Below, in pieces: positions 33,349 to 45,300 of a DNA stretch of 64,000 nt; position 1 is the stretch's first letter, and each line of letters starts with the position of its first letter. The translations under genes were made by a program, and so were the position numbers. The stretch is from a virus (Duplodnaviria; Caudoviricetes). The stretch lies in IMG/VR virus record IMGVR_UViG_2700988868_000001, positions 1 to 64,000 of that record; one strand, given 5' to 3'. The notes below the pieces were generated by a model. The model saw nothing but the letters and a program-made list of their open reading frames with translations, was not told where the DNA came from and did not search any database.

Positions 33349-35489
33349 TCGACCTCACCGGGGTTCAGCACCACCCTGCAATCGAAGAGATTGTGAACGT
33401 GCTCTGCAACAAGACGCAGAATACCGACCGTGGTTTCTTCCGAGTGGAAGCGGCTTATTTCTTGGCCAAGATGGCATCGTCCATGTGCGCCACCATCGTC
33501 ACAGCAGACCGTGGTGACATCCCGGTGAACATCTACGCACTTGCCTTGGCCACTTCCGGCTATGGCAAGGGTCACTCGGTCAACATCGTGGAGAACGATT
33601 TCATGAAGGGCTTCAAGAAGCGCTTCATGGAAGACACCATGCCCGTCATTGCTGACGCCAACCTCTGGGTTATCGCCAACGAACGTGCGGCCAAGCAAGG
33701 CACTGATCAACAGACGGAGTACGACAAGGTATCGGCAGAGTATCGCCGTGCTGGTGCGTTCCCGTTCACGTTCGACAGTGGAACCACACCGGCAGTCAAA
33801 CAGCTTCGTCAGAAGTTGCTGCTTGCTACGTGTGGTTCCATCAACCTCCAGATTGATGAGATTGGTTCCAACCTCATCGAACAGACGGAAGTGCTGACCT
33901 TGTTCCTGGAGCTTTACGATCAGGGACTGGTCAAGCAGAAGCTGACCAAAAACACTGCGGAGAACACCCGTGGTGAAGAACTGGACGGCAAGACTCCGGC
34001 CAACATGTTGTTGTTCGGAACTCCGTCGAAGCTGCTGGATGGCGGCCAGACCGAAGATGCCTTCTATGGCTTCTTGGACACTGGCTATGCACGTCGCTGC
34101 CTGTTCGGTATCGGCCAGCCGGTCAAGATGGCTCACAACAGCCAGACGCCGGAAGAAATCTACGACCGCTTGACCCAACCCGGGAACCAAGCGGCTGTGA
34201 ACAAGTGGGCCAACCACTTCCACTCGTTGGCAGACGCCAGCAAGTTCGGATGGCGCATGGTCGTGGAGAAGGATGTGGGCGTGCAGTTGATCGCCTACAA
34301 AGCTCACTGCGAGAAGCTGGCTGATGAAATGTCCGAACACGAAGAAATTCGTAAGGCAGAAATGAGCCATCGTTACTTCAAGGCTCTGAAGCTGGCAGGT
34401 GCACTGGCCTTCGTGGACGAATCCGTCCTCGTTGAGATGGACCACCTGAAGCAAGCCATCCTGCTGGTGGAAGAATCGGGTGCTGCTTTCCAAACGATCC
34501 TCACTCGTGAGAAGGCGTATGTGAAGCTGGCGAAGTACATCGCTGCCGTCGGCAGTGAACTGACCCATGCCGATCTGGTTGAGGCGCTGCCGTTCTACAA
34601 GTCCGGCAATGCGTTCCGCAACGAGATCATGACCCTGGCCACCGCCTGGGGCTACAAGCAGCACATCATCATCAAGAAGTCCTTCACGGACGGCATCGAA
34701 TTCTTCAAGGGTGAAACCCTGAAGGAAACGAGCCTGGATGAAATTCTGGTGAGCTACAGTGAGAACTGGGCCTACGACTATTCGGCGGAACGTGTTCCGT
34801 TCGATCAGTTGCACCAGATGACCCAAGTCAAGGGCATCCACTGGGCCAATCACGATTTCAAGCGCGGCCATCGTGCTGAAGAAAACGTGATCCCGGGCTT
34901 CAACATGATCGTGATCGATGTGGATGGCGGATGCACTCTCGCCATGTGCCATGAACTGATGAAGGACTACAAGTTCATGACCTACACCACGAAGCGTCAC
35001 ACGGATGAAGAGAACCGATTCCGTCTGATGATCCCGATGAATTATGAGCTTCACTTGGATTCGGAAGAATACAAGGAGTTCATGAACAACGTGATGCAGT
35101 GGTTGCCGTTCGCCACCGATGAGTCCGCCAATCAGCGGTCGAAGAAGTGGGAATCCAATGACGGCAAGTTCTTCATCAATCCGGATGGTGTCCTTCTGGA
35201 TGTGCGGGACTTCATTCCGCGAACCACGAAGAACGAGCAGTTCCAGCAAGGCATGCAGGCCGTGCAGAGCTTGGACAATCTGGAGCGTTGGTTCGCTCAA
35301 CGTATGGCCACCGGCAACCGCAACAACAACATGTTGAAGTTCGCCATGGCTCTGGTTGATAGCGGCATGACGTTCGCTGATGTGTCCGCACAAGTTCATG
35401 CGTTCAATAAGAAGCTGTCCTCTCCTTTGGACAGTGAAGAATTGAACACGACCGTGCTTGTCTCGGTTGCCAAGAAGTACACCCGATAG
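33345..35489 (+). CDS. N4 gp43-like primase / DNS protein
   Basis: SGYGKG P-loop, IDEIG, IDVDG, YTTKRH, GNRNN C-terminal (PriCT-like). Confidence 0.85.
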   Translation: MIDLTGVQHHPAIEEIVNVLCNKTQNTDRGFFRVEAAYFLAKMASSMCATIVTADRGDIPVNIYALALATSGYGKGHSVNIVENDFMKGFKKRFMEDTMPVIADANLWVIANERAAKQGTDQQTEYDKVSAEYRRAGAFPFTFDSGTTPAVKQLRQKLLLATCGSINLQIDEIGSNLIEQTEVLTLFLELYDQGLVKQKLTKNTAENTRGEELDGKTPANMLLFGTPSKLLDGGQTEDAFYGFLDTGYARRCLFGIGQPVKMAHNSQTPEEIYDRLTQPGNQAAVNKWANHFHSLADASKFGWRMVVEKDVGVQLIAYKAHCEKLADEMSEHEEIRKAEMSHRYFKALKLAGALAFVDESVLVEMDHLKQAILLVEESGAAFQTILTREKAYVKLAKYIAAVGSELTHADLVEALPFYKSGNAFRNEIMTLATAWGYKQHIIIKKSFTDGIEFFKGETLKETSLDEILVSYSENWAYDYSAERVPFDQLHQMTQVKGIHWANHDFKRGHRAEENVIPGFNMIVIDVDGGCTLAMCHELMKDYKFMTYTTKRHTDEENRFRLMIPMNYELHLDSEEYKEFMNNVMQWLPFATDESANQRSKKWESNDGKFFINPDGVLLDVRDFIPRTTKNEQFQQGMQAVQSLDNLERWFAQRMATGNRNNNMLKFAMALVDSGMTFADVSAQVHAFNKKLSSPLDSEELNTTVLVSVAKKYTR

Positions 35490-35536
35490 TCGTTTGGTTT
35501 GGTCTTTGACTATCGAAATCCCCCTGGGAGAGAACC

Positions 35537-36310
35537 ATGTCTGAACAAGACGATGTCGTTCTGACCGAGGTCAACGATCAGCTTCTGTTGATCGTTGGCT
35601 ACTCGTCGACCGGCAAGAGCGCTTCACTGCGCAACATCCGTGATCAGGATCAATGGCTGTACCTGAACACGGAGAGCGGCAAGAAACTGCCGTTCCGCAA
35701 CAAATTCAGCAGCCACGTCATCACCGATCCCTATCAGGTGCTGGACGCCTTCAAAGCGGCCTACACCAATCCCGTCGAGGAAATCGGCTTCAAGCCGAAG
35801 GGGATCATCGTCGATTCGCTCACGTTCCTCATGGACATGTATGAGTCGCGGTATGTGATCAACGCAGCCAACACCATGACGGCATGGGGAGCGTTCAGTC
35901 AGTTCTTCAAGGAATTGATGCAGCTCCATGTCCCATCCTTCGATGGTCCCGTGATCTTCACGGCCCACGTCAAGGACGAACTCGATGAAAAGGCGATGGA
36001 GCTGAAAACCTCCGTGCCGATCAAAGGTTCGCTCAAGAACAACGGCATCGAAGCCTACTTCTCGTCCATCGTCGCGTGCAAGCGTGTTCTCCTGAAGGAA
36101 CTGGAGAAGATGACCAACGGCATGTTGGACATCACGGAAGAAGAGAAGGAACTTGGCTTCAAGCACGTCTTCCAGACGCGGCTGACGGCCAAGACCACCG
36201 GTGAGCGTATTCGTGCCCCCATGGGCATGTTCACGCGCCAGGAGACGTACATCGACAACTGTGCACAGAAGCTCCTGGATCACCTCCACAAGTACTACGC
36301 GGAAGCGTAA
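35537..36310 (+). CDS. Sak4-like AAA ATPase (N4 gp44-like)
   Basis: GYSSTGKSASLRN, IIVDSLT, IFTAH. Confidence 0.85.
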   Translation: MSEQDDVVLTEVNDQLLLIVGYSSTGKSASLRNIRDQDQWLYLNTESGKKLPFRNKFSSHVITDPYQVLDAFKAAYTNPVEEIGFKPKGIIVDSLTFLMDMYESRYVINAANTMTAWGAFSQFFKELMQLHVPSFDGPVIFTAHVKDELDEKAMELKTSVPIKGSLKNNGIEAYFSSIVACKRVLLKELEKMTNGMLDITEEEKELGFKHVFQTRLTAKTTGERIRAPMGMFTRQETYIDNCAQKLLDHLHKYYAEA

Positions 36311-36341
36311 GCAGCAATCCATTCAGCAAGAGAGAAACATC

Positions 36342-37103
36342 ATGAGTACTTTGTTCGGAAACCTGAAAGAAAAAACCCAGAACATGGAAGCGGCCCGTGA
36401 CAGCGTAGGCGGTGGCGGTTTCGTCATCGACGCGGATGCCTACGAGATGACCCTGAAGGTCGCCTACGTCGGCCAGTCCAAGGGCGGTGCCAACTTCATG
36501 TCGCTGATCTTCGACCGTGACGGCACGGACTACCGCGAAGACGTGTACTTCACGTCGTCGAAGGAAAAGGGTCAACTGCCGTACTACGTCAAGAACGACA
36601 AGCAGTTCCCGTTGCCGGGCTACAGCATCGTCAGCGACCTGTGCCTGATCCTGGGCGGCACGTCCCTGGAAGAAACCGAGTTCGAGGAAAAGACGGTCAA
36701 CGTCTACGACTTCGACGCCAAGAAGGAACTGCCGAAGTCGGTCATGGTTCCGGTCGAACTGCTGGGCAAGAAGATCATCGTCGGCGTGCAGCGCACCACC
36801 GAAAACAAGCAGGTCAAGGACGCCAGCGGCAACTACGTCAACTCGGGCGAAACCCGTGACGTGAACAACATCGACAAGCTGTTCGATCTGGAATCCAAGA
36901 TGACCGTCCTGGAAGCCCTGAACCAAGCTGAAAAGCCGGTGTTCTACGACACCTGGATCGAAGCCAACAAGGGCAAGGTCCGCGACAACACCAAGAAGGG
37001 TGACAAGGCCGCTCCGGCCCAAGGCACCGCTGGTGCACCGCCCAAGGCGGCTGCTGCCCCGGCCGCTGGTGGCGCTCGTCCGTCGCTGTTCGGCAAGAAG
37101 TAA
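36342..37103 (+). CDS. ssb: Single-stranded DNA-binding protein (N4 gp45-like)
   Basis: D.VGGG, Y..QSKGGA, LPGY, VYDFDAKKE, C-terminal SLFG. Confidence 0.85.
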   Translation: MSTLFGNLKEKTQNMEAARDSVGGGGFVIDADAYEMTLKVAYVGQSKGGANFMSLIFDRDGTDYREDVYFTSSKEKGQLPYYVKNDKQFPLPGYSIVSDLCLILGGTSLEETEFEEKTVNVYDFDAKKELPKSVMVPVELLGKKIIVGVQRTTENKQVKDASGNYVNSGETRDVNNIDKLFDLESKMTVLEALNQAEKPVFYDTWIEANKGKVRDNTKKGDKAAPAQGTAGAPPKAAAAPAAGGARPSLFGKK

Positions 37104-37106
37104 GCC

Positions 37107-37634
37107 ATGTCTGAAGTCTGGACATCTGTGGTTGGATTCACTGGCTACGAAGTATCAGACCTCGGCAACGTTCGGACGACTCGCTCAAAGAATGGAAAGG
37201 GTACGTGTGAACCACGTCCTCTTCTACCGAGAGCGATTGTCGGGAAAATCTATCATCGGGTGACACTCACCGATGCTAGTGGCAATCGAGTGGATCGAAA
37301 GGTCCACCTACTCGTGCTAGAAGCATTCCGAGGACCACGGCCAGCGCCAGAAATGGACGGTTGCCACAGAGACGGTAACGCTCACCATAACGAATTGAGC
37401 AATCTCTATTGGGGAACCAAGAGAGAAAATGCACAGGATCGTGTGGATCACGGAACTCAAGTACGTGGTGATACCCATCCACTGTCTGTTCTAACGGAGC
37501 AGCAGGTCATGGAGATCAAACAAGCTCTGCCTACATGGAAACGAGGAATGGGTCGCACCTTTGCCAAAAGATTTGGTGTGTGCGAATCGGCCATAACGAG
37601 TGTGAAATTAGGACGAACTTGGAGTCATGTATGA
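37107..37634 (+). CDS. NUMOD4-HNH homing endonuclease
   Basis: W..V.GF.GYEVSD.GNVR; VH.LV..AF; H.DGN...N...NL.WGT..EN. Confidence 0.9.
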   Translation: MSEVWTSVVGFTGYEVSDLGNVRTTRSKNGKGTCEPRPLLPRAIVGKIYHRVTLTDASGNRVDRKVHLLVLEAFRGPRPAPEMDGCHRDGNAHHNELSNLYWGTKRENAQDRVDHGTQVRGDTHPLSVLTEQQVMEIKQALPTWKRGMGRTFAKRFGVCESAITSVKLGRTWSHV

Positions 37635-38191
37635 AAATTCCGGTAGTCGGATTTGATCCGAGTATGCGTAACTGGGGATGTGCCTCCGCAGAACTGGACC
37701 TGGAAACAGGACAGCTTTCCGACCCAGTATTGGCGGTGATCAAAACTGCCGAGGAACCAAAGGGAAAACAAGTGCGGACCAACAGCTACGACATCGAAGC
37801 TGCCGACACTCTCTACAAGGAAGTGCACCCCATCGCTCAACAGGCGAAGGTGATCTTTGTAGAGGTTCCCGTTGGTTCCCAGAGCGCAGCGGCCATGAAG
37901 GGCTACGGCATGTGCATCGGAATTCTCGGTGCACTGCGAGCCATGGGGATACCGTTTATCGAAGTCTCCGAAGCGGAGGCCAAGAAGACGATGACAGGTA
38001 AGCGGACGGCTACGAAGGAAGAAATGATCGCAGCCGCCATGATCTGGTATCCCGACGCCAACTGGCCCATGCACAACGGCAAGCTCACCACTGGTAGGGC
38101 TGAACACATGGCAGATGGAATCGCTGCCATTCACGCTGGTGTCAAAACCCAGCAATTTCAAAACCTGATGAGACTGTTTAAGGCAGTCTGA
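37631..38191 (+). CDS. RuvC-like Holliday junction resolvase (N4 gp46-like)
   Basis: VVGFDPS..NWG, FVEVP.GSQ, EH.AD..AAI. Confidence 0.85.
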   Translation: MKIPVVGFDPSMRNWGCASAELDLETGQLSDPVLAVIKTAEEPKGKQVRTNSYDIEAADTLYKEVHPIAQQAKVIFVEVPVGSQSAAAMKGYGMCIGILGALRAMGIPFIEVSEAEAKKTMTGKRTATKEEMIAAAMIWYPDANWPMHNGKLTTGRAEHMADGIAAIHAGVKTQQFQNLMRLFKAV

Positions 38192-38201
38192 AGGAACCAA
38201 G

Positions 38202-38693
38202 ATGCAAATCACAGATCAGGATGTGTTGGCGGCTCTGGATTACAACCCCATTACCGGCGTATTCACCTGGAAGGTGAAGCGGAATAACCAAACACTTCCT
38301 GGTCAACAAGCAGGCTCAGTGAACAACGAAGGATACGTAACCATCCCCGTGATGGGCGTGTACTACGCAGCACACAGACTTGCGTGGTTGGTGTCTTATG
38401 GTTGCTGGCCGGTAAACCAGATTGATCACGTAAACAGGATTCGCACAGACAACAGGTTGTGCAATCTTCGAGATGTAACGCAGACAGTCAATACAAGAAG
38501 TCGCTCAATGAGCAAAGCAAATTCAACAGGAGTCACCGGTGTTTATAAGACACGGGCAGGCAACTGGATCGCACGAATTTGTGTTGACCGCAAGCAAATC
38601 AATCTGGGAACCTTCGCATCAATCGAAGAAGCGACAGCCGCTCGTCAACAGGCGATAGCGGCTCACGCATTCAATCCAACTCATGGCCTATAG
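38202..38693 (+). CDS. HNH-AP2 homing endonuclease
   Basis: YNP.TG.F.W, AHRLAW, IDH.N..R.DNR..NLR, N.TGV.GV, W.ARI......LG.F. Confidence 0.9.
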   Translation: MQITDQDVLAALDYNPITGVFTWKVKRNNQTLPGQQAGSVNNEGYVTIPVMGVYYAAHRLAWLVSYGCWPVNQIDHVNRIRTDNRLCNLRDVTQTVNTRSRSMSKANSTGVTGVYKTRAGNWIARICVDRKQINLGTFASIEEATAARQQAIAAHAFNPTHGL

Positions 38694-38698
38694 GGCCG

Positions 38699-39136
38699 AT
38701 GGAGAATATTTTGCAGATCACACTGGTCCAGAGCGAAATCGAACAAGCTCTGAAGAACTACATCAACGAGCAGGTGAACGTCAAAGAGGGGATGGAAATC
38801 GTCATCGTCCTCAAGGCCACCCGTGGCGAAGAAGGCACGACCGCCGTCATCGACATCACCAAACCCATCGTCGTCCAGGCTCCGGCCAAGACGGTACGTG
38901 CCGTGACCTCCAAGGTCGAAGCGGCACCGAAGGAAGAACCGAAGCCCACCGTGGAGCCGAAGGAAGACCCCCCTTTCGACCCCGACGCCCAAGCCCCGGC
39001 ACAAGCTTCCGCGCCCGAATCCTCGGCATCGACCGATGGTGCACCTGCGCAGACGTCGAATGCCGCGAATGCTTCGGCTGAAGAAGCTCCGGCCAAGCCG
39101 TCGAAGCCGTCGCTGTTCGCCAATCTGGGCAAGTAA
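38699..39136 (+). CDS. Hypothetical protein (N4-like, Pro/Ala-rich tail)
   Basis: QI.L.Q.EIEQAL..YI...ATRG..G.TA.IDI; ends SLFANL. Confidence 0.8.
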   Translation: MENILQITLVQSEIEQALKNYINEQVNVKEGMEIVIVLKATRGEEGTTAVIDITKPIVVQAPAKTVRAVTSKVEAAPKEEPKPTVEPKEDPPFDPDAQAPAQASAPESSASTDGAPAQTSNAANASAEEAPAKPSKPSLFANLGK

Positions 39137-39152
39137 TCACCGGGTCTAAACA

Positions 39153-39335
39153 ATGACCCCGGCGAAGCTGCTCATGTATCTGGTGAGTGCACTCATAGCC
39201 TTCTTACTCCTTTCGGCTTGGGTGCACGCGTCGGCACCATATATTGCAGCATTCATCATCGTGGTCATCGTCTGGAAGTTCATCCTTCCCAAAGAGACGA
39301 ACGACCCGGACGGTGATCCGCCCGGCAAGCAGTAA
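39153..39335 (+). CDS. Small membrane protein
   Basis: Two hydrophobic segments; last + strand gene. Confidence 0.6.
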   Translation: MTPAKLLMYLVSALIAFLLLSAWVHASAPYIAAFIIVVIVWKFILPKETNDPDGDPPGKQ

Positions 39336-39369
39336 AAGAAGAAGCCCCTCGATTGAGGGGCTTCTTTTT
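39334..39369. terminator. Bidirectional terminator at the strand switch
   Basis: AAAAGAAGAAGCCCCTC-GATT-GAGGGGCTTCTTTTT. Confidence 0.85.
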
Positions 39370-39370
39370 A

Positions 39371-42300
39371 TCACCAGACCAGGTTGTGCCAGGGGTTGAG
39401 CGTAGGTGCTCGCATCCCCATCGCAGGACCGATGGACATGCCCAGCTTCCCTTCAGCCAGCACAGAGAAGATATTGTCTTCAATGGGCAGGCCGACGTTG
39501 CCGAACATGGTGGGAGTCGGAGCCATGCCAGCAAGCAATGCGTGGACAGGGTTGTTCCGGATCATGCTCATGGCCACCTTCGCAGAACGAATCTTGAAGT
39601 TGTAGAACCAGAGCAGGCCCATGCTTTCCATGTAGCCACGGAAGCGACCGGGCAGACGGTCATAGTTGATGAATTCTTCCGTGACACGGCTGTCAGCATC
39701 CTCCTTGCTGCGACCTTGACGCTTCATCATGTCGTCATGGATCAGAGCCTTGGCGATGAAGTCGCTATACTCCACTGCCTTCTGGATACCCTGGAACAAA
39801 GCGGTGTCCTTCGTGATCAGTGCGTAGCGGCCAGCGTTCTGCACCGACTTGGGCAGCTTCTCGGCCAACCGGTCGAAGAAGTCATGAATCTTGCCGTCGG
39901 TAATCAGCAGGTCATCACGGGAGATACCGGCGTCAGCAATGCTGGAGAACTCACCACGTTCAATCAAGGGCCAGATCGACATACGCTTGTGTGCATCGGT
40001 GATCGACTGAATCTCAGCTTGCAGCTTACGAGTCTTGGTCAGATTACCTTCAGCAGCACGAAGCTCTGCTTCTGCTTCCACTTGACGAAGGCGGCTGTTC
40101 ACATAGCTGTGAATCTCAGCAGTCTTCTTCGGCAGACCAGTCATGATGGTCTTGATGGGTACACCACGACCAACCATCTGGTAGATGTTGGCGAGGAAGT
40201 TCACCACCGGGATGACAACCGACTTCACAACAATCAAGGTCTTCGCAGTCTTCACTGCACCTTGAACAGCTTGCTCAGTGTTCATGACGTACTTGTATGC
40301 CTTGTTCCCGAAGACACCCAATGCCATCTTCTTGATAGCGTCCTGGGTTTCAGGAGTCAGGCGACTGTTGCCAGTCCAAGCGTCACCAACCGAGGCCATG
40401 CGATAACCGAAGGCGTCGTTCAGCATGTCCTTACGGACCCAGAACTCACCCTTACCGAACAGACCCTCAGCACGATCACGGGTCTCTTGGTTCATGAGAG
40501 CGATGGCATCTGCCAGCACTGCATCCTTTTTGGAACCAAGAACGTTCACATACTCAGTGCCACGACCAGCAGCCACATCCTTCTTGTACATGTCGTGGAG
40601 CTTATCCACCAATGCGTCGTTGAAGAATTGCGACTTGGCTTCTTCCATCTGGCGACCACGCCACACACCAACCATCTTGGCGAAGTGGTCCTCAGTGTTC
40701 AAACGTTGGAGTTGGTTCGGATCAACCGAGCGCTCATACGCTTGCACACTGCCGTCTTCACGGTAGACGGGCATCAGCATTTCCGTACCACGCTCACCAT
40801 TCTGGAGAGCCTTGGAGATACGGGCTACCGAGGTCGGGTCAGTGATCCGGCCAGCGGTCATCTTGTTCATCGTGTACCCGGAGGTCGTGTCCACACCGCC
40901 TGCCGTAGAGCGCACGTTCTGCATGATCCCTTGCGAGAAAGCAGTACGGGCATTCACGGGCATGAAGTAGTAGCCACGCTTGCCGGTGAAACGATCAGCA
41001 GACGAGCCACGGTAGTCAGCTACACGGACATAGGACATAGCTTCCAATTCCGCGAATCGGGTGTCTTCCGCCACAATCATCTGCACACCCTGCTGGTTCT
41101 CAGTGGGGATGTAGCCCTTGTAGTGGTTCAGACGCGATTCCGGAGTCAGAGCGGCCTTGTTCATTTCGTCCACACGCTGACCAACCATGTAGGCCGTGCT
41201 GAAATCCATGCCTTCTGCCTCGTTCAGAGCCAGATTCGACAGGGCATCACGCTGGTCCTTGGACATGGCTTCCAGAGCGTACAGGCTGATCAACTGGTCC
41301 ACCGCATTGATGGTGGATGCAGTGGGAGCAGCACGACGCTTGAAGACACCAGGAACACCCAGCAGACGGGTCACAGCTTCTGCGTTACGCAGGAGATTGG
41401 AACCAGTCTCACCAGTCACCATGTACTTGGCCAACTGCTTCGCCTTCAACTGGATGTTGTGCCAGTGAGAGGGATCGGCCTTGTCGATGGCTTGCTCCAG
41501 ATCATTGATCTTGGCGTCCACAGCCTTCTGGTCCGAGAACAAGGTGAGGATTTCATCCATGCTCATGCTTTGACGCAGAGCAGCGATATCCGTCTTGCCC
41601 AGGCCAGTGTGCAGCGCAGACCACTCCTTGTCATCCAGCTTGCGGCTGAATTTCTCAGCAATGGTGGTAGGCAGATGCTCACGGAACTGCTGACGATCCT
41701 GCTGCACCTGGGAACGCACCGACTTGATCATGTCGTACACATCGGCATTTTCCGAGGTACGGCCAACTAGATCATTGACGAAATCATAAAAGGGCTTCCA
41801 CTTGTTCCCTTGGTTCATCTGACTCATCAGTCCCTTGCTGACCGCAGCACCATTCTTCTCGGTAGCGATAGCAGCCACACCCTTCAATGCCTGAGCAGCC
41901 AGCTTCATGGCCGGACCCGTCGTGGGGTTTTGCAGGATGCCATTGGCCTTGTCGATAGCAGCATCGGACAATCGGCTAACGCCATTCACAAAGATGTCAT
42001 TGGTGCGATCCACAAAGTTGCCAGTAGGAGTTGCCACAGCGTCATAGAACGACTGCGATTCCTGGTTGGCTTCAGCAATGGTTTCGGCCAGAGCATCAAT
42101 GGCTTCCGTGATGGTCGCAGCCTTGCTGTCACCAGCGAGACGACGGTTCAGGGATTCCATTGCCTTGGAACCAGTATTGGTCAGGATGTTGTCTAGGCTG
42201 TTGTTCAGCTTGCGATCAGCCTTGGGAACGGGCATTTTGGCCAGCACAGCACGCAGATCGTCGTGCACCATGGCCAACCCCAGGAACGTCGGCAAAAGGC

Positions 42301-45300
42301 TGCTACGGCCCTGCTCGTCGGTCGTGGTGAGGTAGTTGCCCATGATGACGTCGAACTTCATCTGTGCGTAGTAGCGATCCGAAGGATCATTACCAGCCGG
42401 GTCAGCCATGAAGTCTTCAACCTTCACGGTCTTGGTGACGTGGGAGTACAACTCCTGTGCACGAGCCAAGGCATGAGGATCAATGGCCATTTCCGTTGCC
42501 AGAGCAGCCGTCACGTTGCGGAACACACCGTATTCCTGTGCCGTCATCGGGAAGCCATTGGCCTGCACGCTACGGCCCAGAGCCACAGCTTGAGTAATGG
42601 CCAGCTTCAGCTTGCCTTCACGCTCGAACTTCTGCACCGGTGCCACGTTCAGGTGGTCCACGACCATCCGGTCAAAGGCTCCCTTCAGTTGGCTCAGGCG
42701 TTCGTTGTCACCGAAAGCACGGCTCATGAACAGGGTGCTGTCCTTAGAGACCTTGGCAATGCTCGGCTGTGCACGCATGATGATGGCCGAGTTGAACAGC
42801 AGGTTGCTGAACATGTCGTCACCAACACCCGGAACAACCTTGCGGCCCCAGATCAAGGACTTGATGCCTGCGATCACTTCCTTGGCAATACGAACCAAGG
42901 GATTGGATGCAGTCTGCTTCTGGACGGAAGCGAGGTTACGGTTCGACAAGCCCCAGGCCATGAACTCGTTCAGAGCACCTGCCTTGGAGACTGCCGGGTC
43001 GATGAAGCCATCTTGTTGGAAACCTTGGATCGCATCCATAGCTTGCTGATGGGCGTCTTGGAATTCCGGCGATTGGTTCGAGACATCCAGCTTCTGGAAT
43101 TGGTCCATCAGGACTTCCAGACGTTGAACGGCTTGAGCCACAGCGGTTCCCTTGATGCCTTGATCAACACCCAGGTAGTGATCGTAGACAGTTTCAAACG
43201 TAGCGGCGTGCACCATCTCATGAATCAGCGTCTCATTGCTGGGACGAGTCATGTACATGGTCTTGTCGTCGAACGTAGTCCAGCCATCAATGTTCCCCTT
43301 CTTGGCTTCAGCCAAGTCTTCGGAGGTCAGAGTTTGCTTGCCGGTCAGCTGGGCGTACAGATTCACCTGCTCGGGAGTACCGAGGATCATCTTGTATTCC
43401 TTCGCAGCCAGCGACTTCTGGATTTCGTTCAGGACAGCAGCCTGCTCACCAGACAGAGTGCTGATCTTGGCGAGGTTCTTGATGGCAGTCACCGACAGGA
43501 CACGAGCACCCGACTTGGCGTGCACACGGCCCACGGCTTCAAATGCCGGGTTCAGCTTCTCAGTCTGTCCCTTGGGTTGTTCAGACTTCGGAGCCGGAGC
43601 TTGCAGCTTGGCCAGTTCCTCTTGGTACATCATGTTCAGAGCCGAGACTTGTTCGTCTTGGGTCAGAGCCGACAGGTCCAGCTTGCCAGTGGTCTGGTAG
43701 GGAACACCCACAGCAGCCATTTGATCAATGGACAGGTTGACACGATCCAGTGCACGGTGACGGGCCTCAGCTTCGAGAGCCGATTGAGCCAAGCGGGAAC
43801 CAAGTGCCTCAGCAGCAGCCTTCAGAACTTCAGGCTTGACGTCATCACGCCATTGCTTCGGTTCCAAGAGGGAGCGCTTCAGGCTATTCACCAGGTCTTC
43901 CGACATGTTGGTGAAGTCAGCATTCTTCATGAATGCTTGGTAGGAGTCCGAGACAGCTTGCAGGGGATTACCCATCCAGCTTTCGTAGACTGCCTGGTTG
44001 GCCTTCTCTGCACCATTCTCGATTTGGTTCAACGGCAGGTTCATACCGTCGAAAATCTTCAGCGTGCCGGTGGGCTTACCCTTCATCGTAGCGATGGTCT
44101 GCATCATCTGACCGTCACCCGTACCGATGGTCATGACCGGGATACCGGACACACCAGCGTCGGAGGGACCGTAGACCTGTGCAGGCACACGCATCTTGCC
44201 GTCCAAGGCACGAGCGAAGTCCATACCAGCAACTTCACTGTTCTGGGAACCAGCGATGAAGAAGTTCTGCTTCCCAGTGGTGACACGGGGCGACAGCTTC
44301 GAGAGAGACTTGGTGACGTCATCCAGTTCAGCTTGGGTCAAGAAGTCACCCTTCTTCCAGGTGGGGTCCTTGGCCTTCTCTTCCAGCTTGGCTTGTACGC
44401 CATCCTTGAAAGCTTCTTGCAGGAACAGGGACTGAACCTGGGTAGCCTTCTGGAGTTGCTTGGTGGATTCCATCAGAGAGGAACCAATGGTGGACTGGAT
44501 AGCGTCACGCATCGGATTCACGAACAGATGCAGCATGTTCTGTTGCATGGTGTTCAGTTCATCAGCAGTCAGCGTGAACGTCTTGGGGTCCAGACCTTGA
44601 CGCTCTTGATAACCATCGACGCTTTCCAGAGTCATGCGTTCCTTTCGGACAACAGGAGCAGCAGAAGTCAGTGCTTCCAGAGCAGTGGACATACGCTTCA
44701 TCATCTCGTTGGCGTGCTGTACTGAGTCAGCTTGCTGACCGAACAGTGCCAGGGCGGGAGTGATGGAGGGGTCTTCAGCAACGGATTGCACAGCTTGGCT
44801 CATGCGTTCGTAGATCGCGTCCACGACAGAGGAAACCATCTTGCCAGCAATACCCTTTGCACCAGAGCCGTAGATCGTGATGGTCAACGGATTCTTGGCG
44901 ATACCACGCTTCAATTCCAGGTTGCCTGCCTCATCGATCGACAGATCGGGGAGGAACAGGTCCATGAGGGATTGGAGGTGGCCAAGTTGACTCGTCAGAC
45001 CGGGTTCACGAGAGATGGACTGTTGCAGGGTCTTCAGGTTCTCAGCGAGAGCATCAGTCGAGGCTTGGTACAAGTCCTTGCCATCGACAGTAGAGCGGTA
45101 CTCATTCATGGTCATGCCCGGTTGCAGGAACAGGCCACCCTTGGCTGCGTTCTTCAGGAACGAAGTGTCAAAGGGACCAGCCGACATCAGCAGCATGGCA
45201 TTCACGGGACCGTTGGTAACGCCGTCAGCTTCCACGTAGATGGGAGTCTCGAACTTGGCACGGGCAGCAGCATCAGCGTTCGTGTAGCGAGCGTACTCAA

